A stretch of 64,000 bases of DNA from contig OZ287756.1 in NCBI GenBank assembly GCA_965649765.1, positions 2,480,001 through 2,544,000 on the forward strand, in the 5' to 3' direction. Positions within the stretch are counted from its first letter, which is position 1. Each line of letters begins with the position of its first letter. Shown in pieces: positions 24,915 to 36,260 of the stretch. A model generated the notes under the pieces. That model was not told the DNA's origin. It made no database searches and was given only the letters and a program-made list of their open reading frames with translations. The stretch comes from Bispira polyomma. Taxonomy: Eukaryota. The position numbers were made by a program, and so were the translations under genes.

Positions 24915-25158
24915 ATAAATAAATGTAACATTTATATGGCGCTTTCTTCCAAAGTGCTGTACAGTTTACGCCCACAGCCTGGGTTGTTTCACTTGTCAAT
25001 CAATTGTTCACTCTCAGCTCCCTCAGGAAGCATACTAGCACAAAGAACAACAACCATGTCCAAGGGTACAATCTCCAGACCAGCAGCGAGGATAGAACCG
25101 GGACCCTTAGATCCCACAGATCTAAAGTCCGACACTCTAACCGCTAGGCCACAGAGAC
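24915..25158 (-). mobile_element. tRNA-derived SINE with L2-like tail
   Basis: A box TGGCCTAGCGGTT, B-box-like GGTTCTATCC, tail AAAGCGCCATATAAATGTTACATTTATTT. Confidence 0.75.
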
Positions 25159-25196
25159 TAAATGACAGGATTCCATGCAGGGCATGCACAACTTAC

Positions 25197-25314
25197 TACT
25201 GTTGCTGTCCTCCCTGGTAGTTCCTCATCTCACTCTCGTAGCCCCGCTGGTAACGGTCTCTTTGGTAACGGTCTTCGTAACCTTCGTACTGTCCTCGGTC
25301 ATAATACTGCTGAT
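25197..25314 (-). CDS. SEC16: SEC16 coding exon 9
   Basis: GTATTCAG|ATCAGC...CAGTA|GTAAGT; 118 nt, phase 1-2 (DQQYYDRGQYEGYEDRYQR...). Confidence 0.85.
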
Positions 25315-25714
25315 CTGAATACAGAGATAAACGGGTGTATGGATGCTGTAAATAGGTCCCAGTCAAACAAATGCCTTGCACTAGAAAAGAACACACAGTA
25401 GAGCGCATACCACTGCCCCCAGAAAATTTGATAATAGAATTTGCTATAATTTTGTTGTCAGTTTTTCTCAGCATATCTCCTATCGTAAAATAAAACTTTT
25501 ACCGATGTTTATATTGGTAATCATAGCCTATAATCACACACTCCACCCTTACCCCCTCCTGTTAAGTACAGAGAGAGATATGCCATTATACTGCCACCTC
25601 CTTCACATAGATTGCACATACATACAAAAAAACTGTACAGCCAGCCCAACATAACTTGGGCTTATGAGGCACATAATTGCATCTACTATGATATATTGTT
25701 ATAACTTTTCTCAC

Positions 25715-25852
25715 CATATCTCCTGTCCTTCCTATAGTCATACTCCTCGTGACCATGACGTGACCTGGGTCTCTCCTGGTAACCATAGTGACTGTAGTCT
25801 CCGTCCCCCTCATAACGGGACCTTGAAGTGGAGCGGGCACGGTCATCTCTCC
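25715..25852 (-). CDS. SEC16: SEC16 coding exon 8
   Basis: GTATATAG|GGAGAG...TATG|GTGAGA; 138 nt, phase 1-1 (RDDRARSTSRSRYEGDGDYS...). Confidence 0.8.
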
Positions 25853-26579
25853 CTATATACAGTAAACATCATTATACACGCTACAAATGGTCTGGATTGT
25901 CTTATGCTCTTAATGGGTGGTTGGTTTTAAAGAAGCAACAAATAACTTTTATGATTCTCACCACTTATTTGTTCTGTAAAATTCTATTTTTACAAACATA
26001 AGGTATTCCTTTTTATACAGTTGACATTAAGGATGTCATCATGTAATAAAATATTGTCCTATCATTAGGCATTGTGATTACAGGTTTAAAAATAGCGGTA
26101 TCGTTATTATACTTAAATCAGATATTTTTCTAAAGCTTATTTTCGTTGTAACAAATGTGATGGCGCAAAAAAACAAAACCAAAGCCAAAAATCATTGGTG
26201 ATTGACAGAAGGGAAGTTGTTATTAATACATCCACTGAGAACAGGAGAGAGACTATGAAGGGAATACATCATTGAACTACGCTGGAAGGAATGCAGGGAT
26301 GGAGCTGGTCTAATGTGTTGAGGTAAACTATTCTTCACAGTTGGAGCATCATTTGCAAATACTTTATCAAAGTAAACCTCTGACCAGTGTACTTTGGAGT
26401 TGGGAGCAGCTCGCCTGGTATTAACATAACGTGTAGACTTCATTTTTTGTTTTAAGTATTCACTATAAACACTTAATTGTGATTTGATAGAGTTTCTCAT
26501 AACAGTTTTCTTTTCTGAACCTTCTATTATCCAAACACAAATCCTGCTCTCCCAACAGATTCAGATAACAGAAGTTCCA

Positions 26580-26584
<5 letters not shown>

Positions 26585-26628
<44 letters not shown>
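26585..26628. repeat. (TA)n microsatellite
   Basis: Perfect TA run. Confidence 0.95.
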
Positions 26629-26629
<1 letters not shown>

Positions 26630-26665
26630 TCACACAGACAAACACACACACACGTCAGTACTCAC

Positions 26666-26826
26666 CATGTCTGGAGCTGTCTCGGCCGTACCTCTCCTCC
26701 TGCTGACCTTGGCGTGACCTTGCCCTGCTCCTCTCCTGATGACCCCCCTCCTGGTACTCTCCCTGAGCCACCGCGGTCCTACTTGGAGGCCGGTGTGGGT
26801 CGTACCTCTGGTCAAAGTTTGGATCC
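26666..26826 (-). CDS. SEC16: SEC16 coding exon 7
   Basis: CAACACAG|GGATCC...CATG|GTGAGT; 161 nt, phase 2-1 (DPNFDQRYDPHRPPSR...). Confidence 0.85.
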
Positions 26827-26860
26827 CTGTGTTGGGTAAAGTGGTACATTGAAAAACCTG

Positions 26861-27090
26861 GAGCCGTATTTACAAAAGGGAACAGCAAAAGACGACTAAA
26901 AAATCGGCTAAGCGAAAAATCAGATCAAATTTTTGGATCACATCAAATCTGGTTTTCGCTGAAAAGTTATGCCGATCATTTCTTTGAGAATACCAAATTG
27001 ATCCAAAGATCAGTTAAGCTTTTTTTTTAGCTGATCTTGATCTTAGGCTGATTTTTCTCTCAGATTGATCTATCTTAGTGAATACGGCCC
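26861..27090. mobile_element. MITE, PIF/Harbinger-like
   Basis: Termini GAGCCGTATT / AATACGGCCC flanked by 3-bp CTG duplication. Confidence 0.65.
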
Positions 27091-27706
27091 CTGGTTTAAC
27101 TGATCTATCTGAGTCAATACGGCCCCTGGTTTAACTGATCTATCTGAGTCAATACGGCCCCTGGTTTAACAAGTTCTTGGTTTGTTTATTGAATGAAATC
27201 AACAACCAGTTAGAAAACCAGTTCAATGTCAGAGTTAATGTAAAGACTTTGCATCAAAGTACAAAGGAGTTTTCAGATCTTTAAACATTGTTTTCATTTT
27301 TATTGAAGCCTTTCGACCGTAAGAGTAAACTATAGGCAGCAAGTTAAACTGAAGGACATTTTCTTTGATAATAGGTTACAGGTAGCCGGAGTCACTAAAA
27401 CACACACCACAGAATATTTCTGGCATTCAATAACAGCCTCGCGTATTATTATAAATAGGGAATTCTGCTCTAACGATTGCCTATTGTGAGGAACTAAAGA
27501 AAAAATATTTCTAGGGTATCGACTGCGTGTCGAGTGAATGCCCACAGACATAGGTTCTGGGAGTAGGAAATGCCATTGAATACTCTCCCGACAAACCTGG
27601 GAGTGTAAAGGCTGAACATGGTTTTGATTTTTTAATAACCAGTTGTCAGTTGGTTTTATTAAAGCAAAGGCTGATGAAGTATAATACCAACCAACTAGAT
27701 TCCTAC

Positions 27707-27888
27707 CTGTAAGGGTCGTATCTGGGGTCATATCTCCTGTCACCATAAGGGTCTCTACTATCCTGTCTGCCGTAGTACTCATAGGAGCGACTGTCACCGT
27801 ATCTACCCCGGTCTTGTTGGTCCCCTCCTCGGTAGTAGTCCTCACGACCGTAACCACCACGCTCATCTTGACGTTGAGGCTCTGTCAC
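27707..27888 (-). CDS. SEC16: SEC16 coding exon 6 (R/D/Y/G-rich)
   Basis: CATTGCAG|GTGACA...TACAG|GTAGGA; 182 nt, phase 0-2 (VTEPQRQDERGGYGREDYYR...RYDPRYDPY). Confidence 0.85.
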
Positions 27889-27992
27889 CTGCAATGAGAA
27901 GGAGATGTGCGGTCTTAAAATGACTATCTGACAAATTGTTTTTAGCTTGTGTCAGCAAACGTAAGAACGTAAGAAGTACATATACAGTTATA

Positions 27993-28165
27993 CAGTTGAA
28001 CCCCTATAAGTGGAACCTCAAGGGACCAGGGGAAATAGCTCCACTTAAGCATGATTTCTACTTAACAAGCTAGATTTTACAGAAAAAGCCTCTTTGGGAC
28101 TACAAGTTTTCTCCACAAAAAAGGGCAATTGACATGACAGAGTTTTACTTAAAGGGGTTCGACTG
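27993..28165. mobile_element. Tc1/mariner-pogo type MITE
   Basis: TA|CAGTTGAACCCCTATAAGT ... ACTTAAAGGGGTTCGACTG|TA. Confidence 0.85.
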
Positions 28166-28604
28166 TACTTTTTCATGTGTAATACAGGTGTAAACTGTCT
28201 ACATGTGTTAGAAAATAGTGTAGCTGTATTTCCAGTCTACATAGATTTAAAATTCACTAGAAAATAAGTTATGTTAGTTAATACCTCAATGGTGACAAGT
28301 TTGCTTTTGGTGATAAAGTAGCCATAAACTGATGGAGACATAAAAATAGATTTCCATGGGGGCTATGGATGATCTAGTATTTAGAAGCTGTTCTGATCCA
28401 AATTCTATGGGGTTTGTTGAAGTGATTCAGCCATTCACCTGTGAGTCTGTCCTCTGGAGTACTGATAACCCTGGTTTAAGTGACCCCTCTCACCTGTGAG
28501 TCTGTCCTCTGGAGTACTGATAACCCTGGTTTAAGTGACCCCTCTCACCTGTGAGTCTGTCCTCTGACTGTTGTACTGATAACCCTGGTTTAATGACTTC
28601 TTAC

Positions 28605-31223
28605 CTGTGAGTCTGTCCTCTGACTGTTGTACTGATTCTGTGTCGCTGAACTCTGTACACCATTACTACCACCAGTCTGTCCACCACTTTGCTTGTCCAC
28701 ATTGTACTCTTCTATCAGGGAGTCGTGTGACTCGTTCCTCCTGTGCTGTGATGACTCTGGGGCAGTAAAAGCTGATGCATTACTAGACTGAACTGGATGC
28801 ATTTCCCTGGTCACTTCCTGTGAGCTTGTGGATACAACATCTGACGTAGAATTATTCTGTACGGTTGGGTTAGCGGTCATTCTGGCGGTAATTGGTACTG
28901 AATCACCCACCTGGTGACTGGACCCTGTGGGTTGTTGACTGGGGTAATGGTTACTACTTGTATCCTGCTGACTAAAGGCCCCAGGCGGGGGTTGTTGCTG
29001 TGGCTGTTGAGGGTACTGAGCTGAGCTAGGGTTTAGTATGTCCCCCCTTTGCTCCCCCTCCTGACTTGGCTGTGACAAAACTCCCGATGATTCTTGTCTT
29101 AATGGATTTGGTGGAACAGCGGTATGCATCGGAGGCACCTGGCTAGCAATCTGATTGGCTGATCCCTGCAACTGACCAGGAAGCTGATTAGTTGATCTCT
29201 GCAACTGACTAAGAGGCTGATTGGCTGACACTTGCATCTGACCAGGAAGCTGATTGGCTGATCCCTGCAACTGACCAGGAAGCTGATTGGCTGATCCCTG
29301 CAACTGACCAGGAAGCTGATTGGCTGATCCCTGCAACTGACCAGGAAGTTGATTGGCTGACACTTGCATCTGGCCGGGTAATTGATTGGTTGATCCTTGT
29401 ATTTGATCAAGTACTTGACCCACTGACCCGTTCACCTGGACAGGTAACTGACTGACTGACCCTTGCATTTGACCAGTTATCTGATTTACTGATGCCTGTG
29501 CTTGACCAGGTAACTGACTGACTGACCCTTGCATTTGACCTTGGAACTGACCGATAGACCCTTGCAATTGACCGGGTAAATGATCTGCGGACCCTTGCAC
29601 TTGACCTACTGACCCTTGCACTTGACCAGGTAATTGACCCACTGGCTCTTGCACTTGACCTATTGACTCCTGCAATTGTCCCGTTGAGTGTTGTACCTGT
29701 GTTTGTCCTGTCATTCTAGCCTGTCCCTGATCTGTAGCTCCTTGTGACTGATGTAGTAGTTCAGTGTTGCTATGAGTGTGCTGTGACACAGACCCCATGT
29801 CCCCACCAGATACCGCCTGATAGCCGCCACTAGGAGCAGACTGCTGTACATGCTGTGTAGACTGTACTGAGACCACCGACCCTTGACTAGAATCAGCCCC
29901 AGACCACTGACTAGCTACCGTGTGGTCCAGCGATGACTGGCGGTCAATACTGACGTGTCCAGTGTTGGTCAGGGAGTGTTGTGAGGAGACTGAGGACTGG
30001 GGAGAGATCTGAGGGGAAGTCACATGACCTCTGTGTGCCGGGGGATTTGTTGTCTGTGGGGCACTAGTAGCGGTGATGTGGTGGGTCTGTAGGGGTGGGT
30101 GTGGCACTGGTGTGTTGTTAGCAGTAACAGTAGAAGGCTGTGTGTGGGTAGTATGGAGTACAGCGTCACTGTGTACAGTGTCTGTTGCGCTGCCTTGAAC
30201 CAGCCCTGATGACCCCAATGCACTCTGTGACCCTAGACCGGGGTTGCTATGGTGAACGTCTGTAGCTCCTGTCGGTAGTGTGTCTTCTCTTGGAACTAGG
30301 CCCGGAGTGTAGGCGGAGGAAGGGTCAGTGAGTGCAGTTCTAGGATATAATGGAGCACTCTCTGTGACTAGTCCAGTAGGGTGACCTTGTGTTCCTGTAT
30401 GTTGTTGTAGGTTTGGCTGTATGTCTGGCTGGCTCAGAGGTACAATACCGGGCATGGTCCTGCCTTCCTGGCCCTGCACAATGCTTTGTGCGGCACCCGG
30501 GTGGTGCTGGAATGTATCGCCCAAACTTCCAGGGCCCTGGTGGGCAGCCGGGAGTGCAGATTGTCCGGGAACTGGAGCCAACTGAATCCCCCCGACCACA
30601 CCGTTACCTTCAGGGGTTTCCCACAAGGTCAACGGAGGAGAAAACGTCCCCTGCTTGTTCTCGCTCTGCTTCTGTTGTTGGTAAAATGCTGATGTCTTGA
30701 ACTCCTCGGGAGTCTGCATATTAGGTGTTGGTTCAGGCTCCTGCAGTCCTCTGTTATCACCCACATCGGTATGACTTGCAAAACCTTGTCCCCTATTATC
30801 ACCCACATTGGCATGACTTGCAAAATCAAGTCCCCTATTATCACTCATATCACTTACATTTGCATGACTTGCCAAATCTTGTCCCCTATTACTCACATCA
30901 GAATGACTTGCAAAAGCTTGTCCCATATTGTCACTTGTGTCTCGCTGACCCGGTTTACTGATCTGTAAGGAAGCCAAGACACCGGGTGCGTTAACATGTG
31001 ACTGGCTAACCCCCTCCTCTCTCTCGGTAGGGGGTTTAAACAGCCCCTGGGGGTGGGGCACGATGGGAGAGGCGTATATGTCCAAGTTATGGCTCTGATC
31101 AGTACTGGCTGACGGTTGAGCATCCTCAGGTGTAACTATAGAGTAGGCAGAGGGAGGGGATGCTGTATCCTGGCTTGTTATTGGAGCGTCACTAGGAGCA
31201 GATGGATTGATCTCTGTGTGTGC
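28605..31223 (-). CDS. SEC16: SEC16 coding exon 5 (2619 nt, low complexity, internal coding repeats)
   Basis: 888-aa ORF trimmed by acceptor ATCTCCAG| and donor CAG|GTAAGA; phase 0-0. Confidence 0.9.
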
Positions 31224-31799
31224 CTGGAGATAGATTAATGTACAAAAACACATCAAAGAATTGTGTGAAAACAGAGATTAAAAATTGTCACCATATTCAC
31301 ACTGACAGAATTTTATATTTATTTTGAGACGTCCCTGGTACATTGATAACATATGACAAAGTCACTTATGGCCCAAGTGGCAGTATGACTCTTTTATACC
31401 GCTTATCTCTGTGCCAGCAGATTCCAAGGCGCATGAGACATAAAACCATTCGGACAATTTCATATGACCATTCAACGTACAGGGGCCATGACAATGGAGA
31501 TGCCAGAATACCATACTAGAGATTTGCAAACGAATGATTTACATTATTGAATGGACTTACTACAAGAACAAGAACATCTACTGTCCAACGAAAATACCAC
31601 ACAAATCACTTTAGCTTCTCTAAGTGATAATAGCAGATTTTTTACTGTAAAGTTAATCCCAGCACCTACCCGTCCTAAAGTTAGGCCCTTGGCCAAGGTA
31701 AAACTCAGGCAGTTTGTTTGCAAATACCACTAAGACTAGGACAAACATTCTAAACCACCATCTCATTGAAGGCCAATGAAAGAGACCTTAGAAACGCAC

Positions 31800-31895
31800 C
31801 TGTACGTTTATAGGGCCAACAGAAAACGGTGCCGAGATGGGTGATGAATGGAAACCCTGGGCACTACTTCCTGTTCCTGTGGACTGCGATACGCC
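31800..31895 (-). CDS. SEC16: SEC16 coding exon 4
   Basis: GTCTTTCAG|GGCGTA...GTACAG|GTGCGT; 96 nt, phase 0-0, open. Confidence 0.75.
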
Positions 31896-32074
31896 CTGAA
31901 AGACAAGGATTGAAATACACCTTTTATTCATTACTTTTATTGTATTAAAATAAATCAAATTACAGAAAGTTAAAGTTGTAAAAAGGAAAAGTAGTTGTAC
32001 GTTTAGGATTTCCTAACATTTTACAATAGTTTCCCTACATAGTTGTCTTTGTGTAAATATCACATAAGACTCAC

Positions 32075-32238
32075 CTGAGGGGGTGTGTAGGGAGGCCTCA
32101 GTGGACCCTTCCTGAAGGGGTTTGCCGCTGACGGAGACGAGGCCCCCAGGGGAGTGCCTCCTACGGGTGGGGAAGTCATGGGTGACTGGCCAGTAGATGC
32201 ACCCAGGGGCAGAGGAGCAGCAGGACTGGACTGGTTCA
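32075..32238 (-). CDS. SEC16: SEC16 coding exon 3
   Basis: TTCCTTCCAG|TGAACC...CCTCAG|GTGAGT; 164 nt, phase 1-0 (VNQSSPAAPL...AANPFRKGPLRPPYTPPQ). Confidence 0.85.
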
Positions 32239-32516
32239 CTGGAAGGAAAAACAATTGTGTAATGGAACAAACAGACATAACCTATCACAAAACAGTGTGG
32301 AGCAGTGAGTACAGTAGGTTTAGCTTTTAATGTACAAATAGACTCCAAGGGAGCATACTTTTATTTGATGAATAATGAACAGGCTTCCGGTGTCGTCTAC
32401 AAAGTGCTTCCCAATATTCGTCAAATGTAGTACAAGTTAAATTTAGCATTAAAACTCCTCAGACTCTGAGGGGAACTGACACCACAGACCCCCCTACCCA
32501 GCACTACCCCACTTAC

Positions 32517-32636
32517 CTAGAAGTGGGGACCTCATACTCTGAGGGGGAGTGACTCCCACAGACTGTCCTGTATGTAGGGGTGGGGCGGTGTCTACTGTAG
32601 CAGGCTGTAACTCAGGTATAGGCTGGTGCTGCTGAC
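32517..32636 (-). CDS. SEC16: SEC16 coding exon 2
   Basis: CTACCACAG|GTCAGCAG...CTTCTAG|GTAAGT; 120 nt, phase 1-1, open (GQQHQPIPELQPATVD...SPLL). Confidence 0.8.
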
Positions 32637-33483
32637 CTGTGGTAGAGAGAACACTAGGGAAGTCAGCTAATCAGCGGCAATAGGAATAAGGACAACTACC
32701 AGCCCAAAATTAAAGTAAACAAATGGAAAGTGACCTTGCGGTCACAAATCTCGGAGACATGTATCTATTTCTCAAGCTGTCTACCTAAAAGTAAATCAAT
32801 ATTATCTGTCAATGTATAAGTTACAACAAAAAAAATATCCGTCTACCCGTCTACCTATAACCTAAAATACAATTGTTAATATACAAGTTATAAAAAAGGA
32901 AATTATTCGACAACCTTTTTAAATATTAAAAAAATATTATCTGTCTACCTGTCAACCTAAAAGTAAAAAAAAACTTAATCAACTGTCTATCTATCGACAT
33001 ATCACTATGTAACCTGACAGGTCGACAAGTTTAAAAAAAATTTATTTTTAATTTTTTGATTAAAGTTAATTTTTTTTATGGTTTACAGTTGGAGTTTAGG
33101 GGAGTTAGCCATCATTCTTTAGCCTAAATATCTCTTACACTTAAAGTTAGCGTTTAGGTTTAGGGGAGTTAGCCATCATTCTTTAGCCTAAATATCTGTT
33201 ACACATAAAGTTAGATATAATCCCCTAACCCCTTAAGCCTAAAATAATTTCGACCTGACAGCTTATCTTTCTTAAATAATTAAAAAATTAGTCTACCTGT
33301 CGACCTAACTACCTGTCCAACTGAAAAAAAATTAAATTTCTACATGTCTACCTGTTGGCCTGTTTTTTTTGTTAACCTTTCGACCTGTCTACCAAGAAAA
33401 ATATATATATATATTTTTTTTTGTCAACCTGTCGACCTAGAAAAAAAGTAATTTTTTTTGGTCAACCTGGGGAAAAAAACTTG

Positions 33484-33716
33484 CTTGTGGTTATAATTTG
33501 GCCGTCTGTTGTAAATCCGCCACCATACAATAAATGTGTCATAACTTCAGTTAAATTAATTTATCTAACAATAGCGTGCTTTATTAAATATCAGTATTTT
33601 AATTGTTATACTTCAACCCTGTGGTTCATTTTGTACTGTAGTTAAAATCTTAATAATTGCCATTTAAAATTCGACGGCCGATTTACAACAGGCGGCCGCA
33701 TTATAACCAGAGGCAG
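33484..33716. mobile_element. MITE-like element with ~35-bp imperfect TIRs
   Basis: TGGTTATAATTTGGCCGTCTGTTGTAAATC versus GATTTACAACAGGCGGCCGCATTATAACCA. Confidence 0.6.
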
Positions 33717-34880
33717 TACATAGAAATAGATGTACTCATACGCCTGAGGGGGAATACTAGTACATCAGTGGACGTTACTTCGACCACTATTTAGTGATTA
33801 TCGATCGTTACAATATAATGCCTCTTTAATACTCAACTATAATTACATCATAAAACACTAGATGACATGCCTCGAAATTGTCAGTAACTTTTTCACTAAA
33901 AAGTTTTTGCTATTTTCAGTGATCATTTATTCGACCATGTTGATAGTTGCTTTCCACTAAAGGGGGACAATAATTCGGCCACCCTCAAGGTTGTTGCTTA
34001 ATTATGTTTTGGTTGGTGTTGTAACTAAGGTTAAATATCGTAAAATATGTCTACACAAGTTTATTCATACAAATAAAAAAATTATATAACCATATAAATG
34101 TCCTACCTAATTTCCTGAGGGGATTTCTAGCACTACCTTCAAAAAGTTCAAATTTGTTGTGAATTAGCTATCGCCGAAAGTGGTTTCAATATTGTGATCA
34201 AGTGTAATGGTATTTCATTTGGCTTTGTACTAAATATTTCTGTAGTAACATGGCATTTTGGGAAAAGTTGTATTTTCGTAAGTTGTAAAACATTTATGTG
34301 TTGTTTGGTTGAGTATTTTTTATTTGGTGTTTTATGTGCTATATTGTGGTAGTGGCCGAAGTATTGACCCGGCCGAAGTAATGACCAGGGATGTACATAT
34401 CGATACAGTATTTTCACCATAAATCTTTTATTGTCGCTTACTTCCGGGTCACATTTTAAGACGAAACCTCGCCTCGTGTGTTAAATAAAAGATATTATAG
34501 TGAGGAAAGAAGTTCTGAAAGCCGAGTACCCCCATAAAACGCCCCAAATATGATGAGAATATAGGCGAAAATAGAAGGAGTTCACAGACTTTGCCTCGAC
34601 TCGTCTGTTAATAAAATATATTCTAGCGAGATAGGAAATTTTGAAAGCCAAGTACCCAACCGAAATTCCCCAAAAGTGATGAGAACATAAGCAATTTGCA
34701 TGCCGCTCGTGTCAAATAAAATATACGAAAAGTGATGACACAAAAATGGCGAGAAATGCTAGTACCGAGTATCTGAATATTTAAAAAAAAAAAAAAAAAA
34801 AGACTGTAGTGTGGCACCGTCTAGCGGTCAAAACCAAGGTTAAAAGGGGTGCGTTCTCGCAAATTAGAATCAAAATAAGA

Positions 34881-36260
34881 ATTGTAATTGTAATTAGACT
34901 TTTATTGCGCTTAATCTCCTCTTAACAAAGGGGACTCTAAGGCGCACCAGCACAAAAGACAGTTATCCAATTTCCAAAATCAAGGGACAGAAAAAGGGTC
35001 AGCAACATAGAGCGCGCCGGGGGATGATTGAGACTAAGGTGGATATGCTTTAGTGTACAAGTGGGTTTTAAGCTTCTTTCTAAAACAGGCTAGAGAGGGG
35101 GAAGCACGAATCACATCAGGAAGATCATTCCAAACAATGGGAGCATCAAAAGCAAAGCTGTGACCAAACTGTTTAACCGACTTTTGAGTAGACGGGTGGA
35201 ACTTTGGAACAACAAGGAAATTGCTACCACTCTGACTACGTCTGGTATTGTAGGAACTACTGTAAGTGGAAAGATATGGGGCAAAATACTTTGGAAACCC
35301 AGTGTGGAGAAACTTATAAACAAGTATAGCTGTCTTAAACACTGAACGCTGTTCAACAGGGAGCCAATGCAATTACTTAAGAACAGGAGTTATACTAGTG
35401 TATCGACTGGTGTTTGACACAATTCTAGCTGCACTATTTTGAATGCATTATAATTTGCGTAAATTAAACTTTGAGAGACTCCTGAAAAGTGAATTGCAGT
35501 AATCCAGTCGACAAAAGCATTGGCCACAAGTATAGAAGCATCATAAGTGAGAAACCGTCTGACACGTCTAAAGTCACGGAGTTGCATAAAACAGCTTTTG
35601 CAGACACTCTGAACGTGTTTAGAGGAAGCAAAGTCAGAGTCAAACCATACACCCAGGTTCTTGACAGAATCAGCTGGACTGAAAGGGCTACCCAGGATGT
35701 CAACTGGAAACAATGCTTTCAACTTATCCCTCTGTTGTTTTGAGCCAAAGATTATGAACTCAGTCTTGTCGAGATTAAGTTTGAGTTTACCAGCTGACAT
35801 CCACTCTTTCACATCGTCAAGGCACCTGTTCAATTGTTCAAAGGCAGTAGATGTGTTTTTATGGGATAGGTGCACATAAATTTGGGTATCATCTGCATAA
35901 AAATGAAACTTTATTCCTGTGTATTTGCCAATAACCAATCTGAGAGGGGCAGTGTATAATGAGAACAACAGAGGGCCCAAAACAGAACCTTGAGGGACAC
36001 CAAACAAGAGTTTACAAAGATTGGACAGAGTAGAGCCAATTTTTATCGACTGATAACGATCAGTTAAGTAGGAAGTGAACCATTTAAGAACAGAGCCCGT
36101 AACTCCAAACCAAGTCTGAAGACAACTGAGAAGCGTGGAATGATCAATGGTGTCAAAGGCAGCAGAGAGGTCGAGCAATACCAGGGCAGTAGGTTCCCCT
36201 CTTGACAAAGATAGGTGAACTTCATTTTTTATAGACAGAAGAGCTGTCTCAGTAAAATGA
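34881..36260 (-). mobile_element. L2-clade LINE, same family, 5'-truncated RT copy
   Basis: ORFs 35390..36208 and 35034..35372 nearly identical to the 57954-60517 copy; same tail. Confidence 0.93.

Noticed and set aside
26192-26500. 102-aa minus-strand ORF as an additional SEC16 exon
   Set aside because: Flanking exons 7 and 8 already join in phase; I found no convincing splice sites or homology.
30389-30968. Plus-strand ORFs overlapping SEC16 exon 5 (also 37873-38826 over exon 1, and ORFs antisense to the LINEs)
   Set aside because: Antisense shadows of GC-richer coding sequence with no recognisable motifs.
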